NCBI GenBank assembly: GCA_001029715.1
Contig: CP011212.1
Span: 462,936 to 526,935 of the forward strand
Direction: 5' to 3'
DNA: 64,000 bases
DNA from: a candidate division TM6 bacterium GW2011_GWF2_28_16
GTDB taxonomy: Bacteria; Patescibacteriota; Microgenomatia; UBA1400; PJMF01
Below, one piece after another: positions 27,291 through 37,224 of this stretch. How positions within the stretch are numbered: position 1 is the first letter of the stretch; each line of letters begins with the position of its first letter. Below the pieces are notes generated by a model. The model did no database searches. It was given only the letters and a program-made list of their open reading frames with translations, and was not told where the DNA came from. The position numbers and the translations under genes are program-made.

Positions 27291-29863
27291 AAAATTATTT
27301 AAACAAATTGTTTAACAATAGCCTTTTAACTTTATTGTTTTTTAAAAGCATATTTTTTTTAATAAATCAAGAAGCATCAGTATTTTTTTTAAATAATATT
27401 TTATATATATTATTATTTTTGTTTTTTTTAAAAAATATAAAATTCATTTATAAAGAAAAAAACACTTTATTTTTATTTCTTTCTTTTATATTGGTTTTTA
27501 TTTTTATAAATGTATATTCTTTTATATCTAGCAGCGATTCTATATTTTCATTTGATGAAAGAAGTAATACTGAAAATAAAAAAATAGCTATAGAATCAAA
27601 TCTAGTTTACGAAAGTGAATTTGTTTCAAAATTAAATAATCTCGGAAGTATTTCAGTTCCACTGGAAATAGATAGTGCTGAAAACGCAATACTTGATGGC
27701 GAAATAAATAAAATTAAAATAAAATTTTCAATTAGAAAAGATGGAGATGAAGAATCATTTTATACGAATGTCTACGATATAATTCTTGATAATAATGTTT
27801 TTATTTTTCCATTTGGTTTCCCGAAACAAATAGATTCTAAAAATATTAAATACATAGTAAATTTATCTGTTGAACAATCTCCATATAAAATATATTTTAA
27901 ATTAAAAAACGGATCCGACTTTGTTTCTGTTTTTCCAAGATATGTGTATTCAAAAAATGATCTTTTTAATTTTAAAGAGATTTCTCCTTTTTTTTATGAA
28001 AAATATGCTAATTATTTAAACACAAAATTATTTTATTCTTTTAATATTACAATGTTTTATTGTTTTTCATTGATATTTTTTAAAAAAATATTTAAAAAAA
28101 AACAATTAGCTAATATTCTATTATATTCAATTTCAATAATTTTAATTTTTTTAATAAATATCGAGAACAACTATATATCATATTCTGAATTTTTTGATCA
28201 ACTATTGAGCCAAAAAAATTTAATTTTTCTATTTGCGCTTTTAACACTCTTGTTCTCTAACTTTAAAATACGTCAACATAAAATAAATAAAACAAATGCA
28301 GTAAACAAATACTTTTTATTTTTATTGTTTTTTTTAGCGATAATTCTAAGAACACACAATCTTGGGTCTGGGTCTTACGTCACAGATGAAGGATCAACAG
28401 CAAAATACTCATACGCAATAAATAAAAATTTAACTCCATGCTTAGATGAAATTTGTTATTTGAGGGGGTTGCCTTATTTGTATTTTACCTCCCTTATAAC
28501 TGCTATTTTTTCAGTAAACGAACTTACCGTTAGATTATCAGGATTAATATTTTCTTTGGCTGGATTTTTTATTTTTTACCTTGTTTTAAAAGATTTAAAT
28601 TTCAATAAAAAAACAATATATTTATCTTTGTTTTTGATTATGTTTTCGGATTGGAGTTTAGAATTCTCTAGATATGCCAGAATGTATTCAGCACTGTTCT
28701 TTTTTGTTATAGCAACTTTTTATTTTTATATAAAAACTTTTTTTAAAAAGAAAAATAAGTATTTAGCACCACTGTTCATCTCTTCGTTTTTGGCCATAAT
28801 AACCCATCAGTTTGGGATGTTACTGTTATATTTAATAATAGGACCGATTATTACCGGCAATATTAAAGATTTCTCATCTAAAAAACATTTAGCTTATTCA
28901 ATTTTTATTTTTATAACAGTTTTTGTTTTATTAATTAAATTTCCAGGAATAACTTATTCTAATAAATATCTTGGATACAATGATGTTTTTAGAGATAGTA
29001 CCGCTAACGTTGATAATTTTTGGTTTTTGAAGAGATTGCAATCGCCAAATCTTTCTATTATTTATGACATTTATAATTATCTTCCATTAGTTTTAGTGAT
29101 GTTAATATATTTCCTATATAAAAAATGCATCAACCTTAACTTTTCTCAAAAAAACCTAATTCATGGGTTTATATATTTCTCAATATTTATTATTTTAATA
29201 TATGATTCTCAATTTGAAACAAAATATTTGTGGTGGATGCTGCCTTTTGCATACATTGTCGTATCTGAAGAGTTGGAATTACTTTTTAAAGATAACAAGA
29301 TAATTGGTTTTTTATCTTTTATAACCATCTTTTTTCCATCATTTATAGGTTCTTATCAAATTTTAGAAAGAAATTTTGGATCAAATTTATCAAGAAATCT
29401 TCTAATTTCACCAACTAGCACGGAAGACTATAGCGTTGATGATAAAACTCCTGTTCTATATGTTATAAATCACATGAAAAACAAAGACATTGTGATTACC
29501 GATTACTGGATGCACGATATTTATTTTGAAACTCTAAATGAAAGTAAAAGTAATTATTTTATAAGCGAATGGAGTGGAAAAGAATTTCTAATAAAATTTC
29601 CACAGTATAAATTAATTTTTGAAGGAGATGCTGTAAAACAAACAATTAATGGACCAATTTTTATTAATAGCTTAAATGAATTTATTGAATTAATTAACAA
29701 TCATAACAGAGTTTGGTTTGTTTCATCAGCCGACTATATAGGAAGAAGGCATGAACATATATCTATTCCAGAAATTTCTAAATACATACATCATTCTAAA
29801 ATAAATCCTGTGTACACGGGATTAGATAATAATACAAAAGTCTATTTCTTTAACAAAGAGTAA
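27287..29863 (+). CDS. Giant GT39/PMT-like GT-C glycosyltransferase fusion: an N-terminal extension of about 330 aa, a GT-C core, and a C-terminal soluble domain
   Basis: 858 aa. The core (from about aa 330) reads LRTHNLGSGSYVTDEGSTAKYSYAINKN ... RGLPYLYF ... VRLSGLIFSLAGFFIFYLV (DE motif plus TM helices). The N-terminal 330 aa are low-complexity, N/K/F/I-rich, and have extra TM segments. Confidence 0.5.
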   Translation: MKNYLNKLFNNSLLTLLFFKSIFFLINQEASVFFLNNILYILLFLFFLKNIKFIYKEKNTLFLFLSFILVFIFINVYSFISSSDSIFSFDERSNTENKKIAIESNLVYESEFVSKLNNLGSISVPLEIDSAENAILDGEINKIKIKFSIRKDGDEESFYTNVYDIILDNNVFIFPFGFPKQIDSKNIKYIVNLSVEQSPYKIYFKLKNGSDFVSVFPRYVYSKNDLFNFKEISPFFYEKYANYLNTKLFYSFNITMFYCFSLIFFKKIFKKKQLANILLYSISIILIFLINIENNYISYSEFFDQLLSQKNLIFLFALLTLLFSNFKIRQHKINKTNAVNKYFLFLLFFLAIILRTHNLGSGSYVTDEGSTAKYSYAINKNLTPCLDEICYLRGLPYLYFTSLITAIFSVNELTVRLSGLIFSLAGFFIFYLVLKDLNFNKKTIYLSLFLIMFSDWSLEFSRYARMYSALFFFVIATFYFYIKTFFKKKNKYLAPLFISSFLAIITHQFGMLLLYLIIGPIITGNIKDFSSKKHLAYSIFIFITVFVLLIKFPGITYSNKYLGYNDVFRDSTANVDNFWFLKRLQSPNLSIIYDIYNYLPLVLVMLIYFLYKKCINLNFSQKNLIHGFIYFSIFIILIYDSQFETKYLWWMLPFAYIVVSEELELLFKDNKIIGFLSFITIFFPSFIGSYQILERNFGSNLSRNLLISPTSTEDYSVDDKTPVLYVINHMKNKDIVITDYWMHDIYFETLNESKSNYFISEWSGKEFLIKFPQYKLIFEGDAVKQTINGPIFINSLNEFIELINNHNRVWFVSSADYIGRRHEHISIPEISKYIHHSKINPVYTGLDNNTKVYFFNKE

Positions 29864-31095
29864 TATTTTTTTAAAATAAAATCCTCAATTTCACTAAGAA
29901 TTGAGCGAAAGGTATTTTTTTGTTTACCTCTTTTATTGAGAGAATAACTATTTATATAACTAAAAAGCATATCATGAGTAGTTGTTTTAGGTGACAAGCT
30001 GGGGGTTTTCCCTATTAAATATTCATATGCATTTATCAGATCAGTGCCTAATAGATTTACGTCAAACTTGTTAGCTCTAATTAGTGCATTTTTGCTTATT
30101 AACTCATATAAAAACTTTTTTTTTGATAAATCTTCAATTATTGAAGAAAAAGTTAAAGGCTCATTTCTAATAAAACCATTAATATTATTATCTATTAATT
30201 CAACTTGAGCATTGTCAAAAAGGGGGGTTGAATTTGTTATAATTGGTTTTCCACTTAACATTGATTCTACATACACATAGCCAAATGTTTCACCAATCAA
30301 TGAAGTATGAGCTAATACATCAACACTATTCAAGACCAAAGAAAGCAATTCTTCGTCAAGAATATTATCAAAAAATATAACTGATTTTTGTATTTTTTTC
30401 ACAAAAACCATTTTTCTAATATAGTCTGGGGCACCTATCAATATTAATTTAAATTTATCATTTTTTTTAGATAAAATTGACATTGACTTAATAAGCAAAG
30501 GACTAAACTTAAGCTCATCTTTTCTTCCATATTTCAGTAATACAAAGTCATTGTTTTTTAGACCAATGCTTTTTCTAAAAGAATTTATTTTGAATTTAGA
30601 AAAGTTGATTATTCGCTTAGTATCTAAAGGGTTATAAATTACCAAATTATTAATTTTAAATTCATCAAGAGACATCTTTTTATGTTCTATATATCTCATT
30701 GCAACAAACTTACTAACGAAAATTCTTAAATCAACGAGCTTTTCTTCTGAGTTGCCTGTTATTTTACCGAAATGGTTGGTTTCAACTAGCAAAACTTTTG
30801 TTTCTTTTTTAAGAAAGCGTATTAATTCAAACATTTTATTACTGGATCTATTCAAATGCACAATATCAGTTTTTTCATTTAAAATAATTTTTTTTAATTT
30901 ATGAAAATTTCCATTGCAAACAAATGTTTTTAAACCTACTTCTTTTGCTTCTTCAATAATTTTACCGCCCTCAAAAAATCCACATATCGATACTTTAAAA
31001 TTTTTGTTTTTTAATAAATATTTGGCAAAAACAAACATCGACTTCTCAGTTCCACCCATTCCTAAAGAATCAGAGATGCAGAGTATTTTAATCAT
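29842..31095 (-). CDS. GT4 (GT-B) glycosyltransferase
   Basis: 417 aa. The N-terminus reads MIKILCISDSLGMGGTEKSMFVFAKYL, and an EX7E-like motif follows: ETFGYVYVESMLSGKPIITN. Confidence 0.6.
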   Translation of the reverse strand: MIKILCISDSLGMGGTEKSMFVFAKYLLKNKNFKVSICGFFEGGKIIEEAKEVGLKTFVCNGNFHKLKKIILNEKTDIVHLNRSSNKMFELIRFLKKETKVLLVETNHFGKITGNSEEKLVDLRIFVSKFVAMRYIEHKKMSLDEFKINNLVIYNPLDTKRIINFSKFKINSFRKSIGLKNNDFVLLKYGRKDELKFSPLLIKSMSILSKKNDKFKLILIGAPDYIRKMVFVKKIQKSVIFFDNILDEELLSLVLNSVDVLAHTSLIGETFGYVYVESMLSGKPIITNSTPLFDNAQVELIDNNINGFIRNEPLTFSSIIEDLSKKKFLYELISKNALIRANKFDVNLLGTDLINAYEYLIGKTPSLSPKTTTHDMLFSYINSYSLNKRGKQKNTFRSILSEIEDFILKKYYSLLKK

Positions 31096-31915
31096 TACTA
31101 TTTTTTTTTAAAATAATTAGTAACTGGGGACCATAAAATTTAAATGGGTAAATTCCTAGTCTATTAAGAAATTTGCATAGTACTGTTATAAAAAAATAAA
31201 TCTTATAAAATTTATTTTTTTTAGGCATCCAATCCTTTTTAATACCCCATATTGACTCTGCCTTTTCTATAGTTACATTATTTTTTCCAGAAAGATAATG
31301 CACAAGCGATGTTAATCTTGGTTCAACTGTGGTATCCCAATCTGGTTTGTAAATTGTATTCGTTGCAATTGGTTTGACAAAATTCCAACGTAATTGGTTC
31401 TTGGGTAAAAGAAACATAAATAAATCTTGAAATAAAATTTTGACAGATCTAATTAGAATAGATTCCTTATTACATGGAGACCTATAGCACATTGATCCAA
31501 AGTTTGGACAAACAATAGCAATCTTCCCATTTTTTTTTGTGACACGAATCATTTCATTTATAATTTTTAATGGATTTTCTGTGTGTTCTATTACAAATGC
31601 TGAATATATAAGATCAAATTTACTATCTGGAAAATCCAAATATTCAATATTTCCAATGGAAAAATTTATATTCCGATATTTTGATTGAGCAATTTTTATT
31701 CCTATTTTACTATAATCCACACCGTAACAATTTTTTCTATTGCCACATATTCTGAAAAGCTTTGATCCTTCCCCACACCCACATTCGAGAATTAATTTTG
31801 AATTTTTAGCAATTTCACTAATAATTTTCAGGCCATAATTATTAGAGATATCGCTACTACTTTCACCAGATATTTTGTAATAATTATAATTATATATATT
31901 TTTATCTATGGACAT
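31088..31915 (-). CDS. Class I SAM-dependent methyltransferase
   Basis: Motif I reads ILECGCGEGSKL, followed by ... GVDYS ... and motif II/III-like segments. It is 275 aa. Confidence 0.55.
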   Translation of the reverse strand: MSIDKNIYNYNYYKISGESSSDISNNYGLKIISEIAKNSKLILECGCGEGSKLFRICGNRKNCYGVDYSKIGIKIAQSKYRNINFSIGNIEYLDFPDSKFDLIYSAFVIEHTENPLKIINEMIRVTKKNGKIAIVCPNFGSMCYRSPCNKESILIRSVKILFQDLFMFLLPKNQLRWNFVKPIATNTIYKPDWDTTVEPRLTSLVHYLSGKNNVTIEKAESIWGIKKDWMPKKNKFYKIYFFITVLCKFLNRLGIYPFKFYGPQLLIILKKNSND

Positions 31916-31918
31916 AAT

Positions 31919-32662
31919 TTAGTCTTTAATTTTTTTGTTTATGAAACGATTTATCAAAATTGGAAAATTAAAACAATATCTAATAATTGAAATAGCTCTG
32001 TTTACTTTATTTATTTTTTTCATTAAATGCATTGGTATATTATCAGCTATCGATCTAAATTTAAGTGCATCATCAATTATCTCTTTTTGTGAAGAAAAAA
32101 ATATTTCTTTTAATTTAAAACTATTCTTCCAAAAAAAACCGGTGTACTTTTCTTTAACTTTGACACAACGAAGTTCTTTATAAGCTGAGTGTATTAATGT
32201 TTTTGGAGTAAATATTAATACACCATTCCTTGCTTCAACCATCCACCGGTGATGACAAAAGCCCACATACCTATCTGAGTTTAAAAAGGGATCAACATTA
32301 TTTTTCATTTCATAAGCTCTATTTGGAAATTCAAAATAACCAGATTTGGAAATACGTTTTATTTCTTCTGCTAAAAAAGCTGGGTCCTTTATATCTTCTA
32401 AAACATGACCGCATATAACAAAATCGAACTCTTTATCATTAAAAGGAAGTTTATTTTTAATATCGTGCATTATCCAGGTGTTTTTATTAAAATGCTCTTT
32501 CATTTCTTTCGGAAAAGAATTTATTTTTTTTCTAGAATGAAATGGTAAAATATCTAGAACGTGAGTGGCTCTATTAAATGGTCTTTCCCATCCTCCTATA
32601 TCCAGCACCTTGTCGTTTTCTTTTAAAATAGATAAAATTTTTCTATAATTTTTTATTTTCAT
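31919..32662 (-). CDS. Class I SAM-dependent methyltransferase (type 11-like)
   Basis: Motif I reads KVLDIGGWERPF, and the acidic/post-II region reads FDFVICGHVLEDIKDP. Confidence 0.5.
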   Translation of the reverse strand: MKIKNYRKILSILKENDKVLDIGGWERPFNRATHVLDILPFHSRKKINSFPKEMKEHFNKNTWIMHDIKNKLPFNDKEFDFVICGHVLEDIKDPAFLAEEIKRISKSGYFEFPNRAYEMKNNVDPFLNSDRYVGFCHHRWMVEARNGVLIFTPKTLIHSAYKELRCVKVKEKYTGFFWKNSFKLKEIFFSSQKEIIDDALKFRSIADNIPMHLMKKINKVNRAISIIRYCFNFPILINRFINKKIKD

Positions 32663-33941
32663 ATCTTGATTTAATCCTAAAAAAATAAGTAGTAATAATA
32701 ATAATATTTGAAATTGTTATAACAATCAAACTCGAATATGCTATTCCAATGAAACCAAAGTTTGTAATAAAAATATAATCTAAAATAACATTAACAAAAC
32801 CAAAAAAGATAAGGTTTTTACTAACAATATCAAAATCACCGGTTCCCACTATAAAACCTTGTGGGAAAATTCCATTAAATAACGATATGCAGAGGACAAT
32901 TAACAATATATAAAATATAGAATAAAAATCATCATTACTATATTTTGAAAAAAACAAATCAATAATTTCTGGACCTACAAATAAAACAATTATAGTAATA
33001 AGAACTGAAAATAACAAAGAGTAAACAATGAATTTTTTTAATTTATTTAATATTATTTTATAATCATTTTTTGAAGCATGAGCAGTTATGGTTGGAGAAA
33101 TAACTTGAGCCAATATGTATACTGGAATAATTATTATGCTATTTATTTTATTAATTATTTCAAAATAATTAAGCTCATTAAAATAATGATATTTACCTAG
33201 AAAAAACACGTCTATCCTACTATAAAAAAAGTAAGCAATGCCTCCAAGACCTATTACGGCTGCATATTTAATAATATTTCTAATCATAATAAAATCAAAA
33301 TAAAATGTTGGTTTAATATTAAAAAGCAACAATAAAAATGAAATAACAGAATAGAGAATCACCTGGGAAAAAATAGACCCAGCAATTCCATATAAACTTA
33401 TTAGAGCAAGAGATGCAATCAATGTGATTAAACTTGATATAAAAATTATTAGTGATAAAGATTTAAATTTATTTAAACCTCTATAAATTCCGTCTAAAAC
33501 TGAAGATATTGGTATTAAATATATTAAAAATATTACAAATAATAAATATTTTTCAAATTCTGGAAAAAATCTTCCAAAATAAAAAAATGTTAAAATTGAA
33601 AATATTGAGGAGAGCAATGTAATAATAAAGAAAGCATTAAAAACCAATATTTTTACATTTTTTTTACTAACTAGATTCTGTTCAACGATAAGCTTACTAA
33701 CACTCGATGAAATACCAAAATCACAAAATGAAATAATTAAAAAAACCATTGCAATAAAATAATTATATTCTCCAAAAATTTTAGCTTCCAAATGATAAGA
33801 TGATATATAAAATATTGCAAACGATGTCCCTTGTTTGCTTAATATTTGAAGAAATCTCCAAAAGTAATTGGAAACTGTTGTTCTATGGTTGCTGTATAAT
33901 TTTTCTAATAATATCAGCATATTTTTTACCGATTTTCTCAT
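32643..33941 (-). CDS. Wzx-type oligosaccharide flippase (MOP/polysaccharide biosynthesis protein family)
   Basis: 432 aa with about 12-14 TM helices and the N-terminal pattern common in Wzx (... LSKQGTSFAIFYISSYHLEAKIFGEYNYFIA ...). It lies inside the GT4/methyltransferase cluster. Confidence 0.5.
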   Translation of the reverse strand: MRKSVKNMLILLEKLYSNHRTTVSNYFWRFLQILSKQGTSFAIFYISSYHLEAKIFGEYNYFIAMVFLIISFCDFGISSSVSKLIVEQNLVSKKNVKILVFNAFFIITLLSSIFSILTFFYFGRFFPEFEKYLLFVIFLIYLIPISSVLDGIYRGLNKFKSLSLIIFISSLITLIASLALISLYGIAGSIFSQVILYSVISFLLLLFNIKPTFYFDFIMIRNIIKYAAVIGLGGIAYFFYSRIDVFFLGKYHYFNELNYFEIINKINSIIIIPVYILAQVISPTITAHASKNDYKIILNKLKKFIVYSLLFSVLITIIVLFVGPEIIDLFFSKYSNDDFYSIFYILLIVLCISLFNGIFPQGFIVGTGDFDIVSKNLIFFGFVNVILDYIFITNFGFIGIAYSSLIVITISNIIIITTYFFRIKSRYENKKL

Positions 33942-35013
33942 AATTAAATTTATTTTTTACTTTATCAAATCCTTTGTTTCCTAGATAGTTTTTAAAATTT
34001 GGAGAATTTTGCAACTTTTTGATAGCATTAATATAATCTTGTTTAGTTGAGGCAAAAATAATACTACCATTAGCAATTTTTTTTAATTCGAAAGTTGGAG
34101 TAGCTATAACTGCTTTTTTTTCAGACCAATAATCATAAAGCTTAACTGGATTGGTGGTGTCATTTAAAGGAATTTTTTTTAATGGAATTATTCCAATATC
34201 TGATTTCGCAATTAATCTAGATGCAGTGTTACTATTAACACTTTCATGTATAAATATATTTTTTATAGATAATGATTTTTTTATCAAATAATCTTTTAAA
34301 TTTCCATCTCCATATATGTCTAATTTTATATTTGGAAATTCTTTCATAACTTCAAAAAGAAGATCAAAGTCAAACCAATCTCTCAATGTTCCTATAAAGT
34401 TTATTTGTTTAATCTCTTCGCTTTTTAGTGTGTTTTTTTTATTTTTATTGTTAATAAGCTTGCCGTTTGGCATATAAAAAACTGATTTCTTAATCTTCTT
34501 GAATAATAAATATTGCTTTGTACTAGTTGTTGTGATCGCACTGGAATATTTAACAAAAATTGGTTTTGAAATATACTTCCAAAAAAATTTATGAGTGGGT
34601 TTTTTCTCGACTAGTTCCCAGTCGTCTATTAAGTCAAAAATAAAAGTAACTTTTTTAAAATAACAATACAAGCAAACCAATACTGTATTGAAATAATTAT
34701 CTACAACAACAAAATCTGGTTTTATCTTAATTAAAATATATAAATTTCTAAGGTTCTCTAAAAACAACAATAATAAGCCTTGATTCAAATTAATCTTTTT
34801 ACTAACGACGTCTATGTCTTTTGGAATTAAATTTTTAGACACTCTTTTGATTCTCAGGGACTTATTTTTACCAGAATACTCCACTGGTTCTACATATGTA
34901 AATTTAATGTTATTTTTACATAAAGAAATAACTAAAGACTGCTCTCTAGCAAAATAATAGTCCCAAACTACTAATGCAAAAAAAAGCCCATTAATTTTAC
35001 TATTCTTTGTCAT
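33883..35013 (-). CDS. GT4-like (GT-B) glycosyltransferase
   Basis: 376 aa. The C-terminal half has a GT-B donor-binding pattern (INFIGTLRDWFDFDLLFEVMKEFPNIKLDIYGDG ... ). It overlaps the Wzx gene by about 59 nt. Confidence 0.4.
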   Translation of the reverse strand: MTKNSKINGLFFALVVWDYYFAREQSLVISLCKNNIKFTYVEPVEYSGKNKSLRIKRVSKNLIPKDIDVVSKKINLNQGLLLLFLENLRNLYILIKIKPDFVVVDNYFNTVLVCLYCYFKKVTFIFDLIDDWELVEKKPTHKFFWKYISKPIFVKYSSAITTTSTKQYLLFKKIKKSVFYMPNGKLINNKNKKNTLKSEEIKQINFIGTLRDWFDFDLLFEVMKEFPNIKLDIYGDGNLKDYLIKKSLSIKNIFIHESVNSNTASRLIAKSDIGIIPLKKIPLNDTTNPVKLYDYWSEKKAVIATPTFELKKIANGSIIFASTKQDYINAIKKLQNSPNFKNYLGNKGFDKVKNKFNYEKIGKKYADIIRKIIQQP

Positions 35014-36134
35014 TCTTTGTTTGCTATTAATTTATATATTTTAGATAGTTTTAACACAGATTTTTCCCAATCATATTTTTTTGCGTTAATGATGCCTTTT
35101 TTAGAAAATAAATCTCTTTTATCTTTGTTATATAAAAGAATCTTTATACCACTTAGTATATCTTTTGTTGATTTTGGATTTACGAGGTATGCAGAATCAT
35201 TAGTTAGCTCCGACATTGAACTATTTTTAGAAGTAATAACTGAAGTACCACAAGATTGGGCTTCTAAAACCGGAAAACCAAACCCTTCAATCAGAGAGGC
35301 AAATAGAACAATTGTAGATGCAGAGTACAATTTGGATAAATCTTTGTTACTTACGGAGTCTAAATGTATAAGATTATTATTGTTATTATTATAAAAATTT
35401 ATTTTCCATCCAATTCTTCCGACTAGAACCAAAGGAATTTTTATTTTTCTATTAATATTAAGTTCTCCAATTGCTTCTATATATCTCAAAATGTTTTTTC
35501 TAGGTTGTATAGTTCCAACAGACAATAAAAATCTATCTGGCAATGAATATTTTCTCTTAATTTCATTAATTTCTTTTTTAGTAGATGGCTTAAAAATATT
35601 TTTATCAATTCCCAAGTGTATAACTTCTATATTTCGTTTAATCTTTTTTTTATAGTAATTCAAAATTTCTTTTTTAGAAAATTTAGAATCTGTAATTAAA
35701 ATATTTGAAAATGAAATTGAAAGAAAAAAGTTTAACTTCCAATATAAATAATTTAGAAAATTTTCTGTTTCTGGATGGGTAATAGGAATTAAGTCATGCA
35801 ATGTGGTTACTTTTTTAATAAATGGAAAAAAATTGGATGTGCTTTTTGGTAAGTGCAGGACATCAATTCTATAAAAAAAAGCACCAAGTGGTAAAACGAT
35901 TAAATCATATATTGGAAGTAAAAATTTCCATTTTGGAAATAAACAAACTTCTTTAACTTCTTTAAAACTTCCTTTTAATTTTTTGTTGTTATAAAAAATA
36001 ATCAACTCAATATCCTTATCTTTTTTAATTTGTTTTACTAAATTAATAACATAATTTTTCACTCCACCTCTTTCAGACAAGGTTCTAGCATCAATTCCAA
36101 CCCTAATTTTTTTAGAAAAATTATTTCTTAACAT
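35010..36134 (-). CDS. GT4 (GT-B) glycosyltransferase
   Basis: The EX7E motif reads EGFGFPVLEAQSCGTSVITSKNSSMSELT. The protein also contains a poly-Asn stretch, NNNNNN. Confidence 0.65.
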   Translation of the reverse strand: MLRNNFSKKIRVGIDARTLSERGGVKNYVINLVKQIKKDKDIELIIFYNNKKLKGSFKEVKEVCLFPKWKFLLPIYDLIVLPLGAFFYRIDVLHLPKSTSNFFPFIKKVTTLHDLIPITHPETENFLNYLYWKLNFFLSISFSNILITDSKFSKKEILNYYKKKIKRNIEVIHLGIDKNIFKPSTKKEINEIKRKYSLPDRFLLSVGTIQPRKNILRYIEAIGELNINRKIKIPLVLVGRIGWKINFYNNNNNNLIHLDSVSNKDLSKLYSASTIVLFASLIEGFGFPVLEAQSCGTSVITSKNSSMSELTNDSAYLVNPKSTKDILSGIKILLYNKDKRDLFSKKGIINAKKYDWEKSVLKLSKIYKLIANKE

Positions 36135-37179
36135 TATTTATTGCTTTAGCTAAAGATTCTGGAGTCTGCTCAGAAACAAAAATACCATTTTTGCCAAGTA
36201 TTTTTCTATTTTCTTCTATATCAAAACAAACAATGTTTTTTAGCTCTAAGTATTTATATATATAAAGTTTTGCGTTGGCCTCACCACTGGCACCTAGCAA
36301 CTTTGGGGAAACCGCAACGTCTAAATTTTTTAAATAACCACCTGCTTTTTCATAAGGAACTTTACCTGTCAGAGTAACTCTATCTTCAACTTTTAATTCT
36401 TTAAGTCTTTTCTCCACGTGCTCCAAAGGATATCCCATGATTAAAAAATGAAACTTATTATCAATGTATGGAATAGCATCCAATAAATAATCAACACCTT
36501 TATATGGTTGTAAACCACCCAAATAACCAACAATTATTTTGTTATCTGGCATATCTAATTTTATTTTTTTAACTTTAGAATTAAAAAGAGTTTTGTTCGG
36601 AAAATCCTTTATAGCGGTAATTTTATTAACCCTTCCAAATTTTTTAGCAAAAAAATCTTTTAGTCCTTCTGTAGAGGTTACTATCTCATCACAATTGAGT
36701 ACTATATATTTCTCTATTTTTTCTAAAATAGAAGATATAAAACTTCCTCCTTTTATTGTTCCATGACTAGCTAATTCACCAACAAGTGAACCCTGTGCAT
36801 CGAAGACTACTGGTAATTTAAAAAATTTTTTGGCAACTAAACCTATTAAAGCCGCTTCAAATGTGTGAGCGTATATATAATCAAAGACATTTCTTTTACA
36901 AAGCCTAATAGTATTAATGAGTATAAAAAAATCCGCAATTGGCTTAAAAATATTAAATCCAGGAGAAGTATTTTTATAAAACGGAATACGAATGGTTCTG
37001 CTTATATTTAATCCATCTATATCTCTTCCTAAATTATAAGTTAATAGCTGTATCTTATTATTTTCTTTCTTCAATCTTAGATAACTATCTAAAACTCTTA
37101 TTGAGCAACCTCTGTCAGCAAAAAATGGTGTAGTAGCGATCATTAATATTTTATTATTTTGTTTTTTCATAATATACAA
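36121..37179 (-). CDS. GT4-like (GT-B) glycosyltransferase
   Basis: 352 aa. The N-terminal GT-B domain reads KILMIATTPFFADRGCSIRVL ... and the C-terminal part reads LGASGEANAKLYIYKYLELKNIVCFD. It is the first gene of the minus-strand island operon. Confidence 0.5.
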   Translation of the reverse strand: MYIMKKQNNKILMIATTPFFADRGCSIRVLDSYLRLKKENNKIQLLTYNLGRDIDGLNISRTIRIPFYKNTSPGFNIFKPIADFFILINTIRLCKRNVFDYIYAHTFEAALIGLVAKKFFKLPVVFDAQGSLVGELASHGTIKGGSFISSILEKIEKYIVLNCDEIVTSTEGLKDFFAKKFGRVNKITAIKDFPNKTLFNSKVKKIKLDMPDNKIIVGYLGGLQPYKGVDYLLDAIPYIDNKFHFLIMGYPLEHVEKRLKELKVEDRVTLTGKVPYEKAGGYLKNLDVAVSPKLLGASGEANAKLYIYKYLELKNIVCFDIEENRKILGKNGIFVSEQTPESLAKAINNVKK

Positions 37180-37224
37180 ATTACAATTATGCCATAAAAA
37201 CTCATTTTCTTGCTATACTAAAGT

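Noticed and set aside
27300-27520. Highly repetitive AT-rich, low-complexity stretches (T and A runs, TATATA), checked as a possible CRISPR array or tandem repeat
   Set aside because: There is no regular repeat-spacer periodicity and there are no conserved direct repeats of 24-48 nt. The sequence is coding, the N-terminus of the giant GT-C protein, and reflects AT bias. I saw no CRISPR array or cas genes anywhere in the window.
35239-35400. Poly-Asn (NNNNNN) stretch and AATAATAAT tandem trinucleotide runs in the GT4 gene at 35010..36134 and nearby
   Set aside because: They are short (six repeats or fewer), in frame, and consistent with AT-driven low-complexity insertions. I do not call them a repeat feature.
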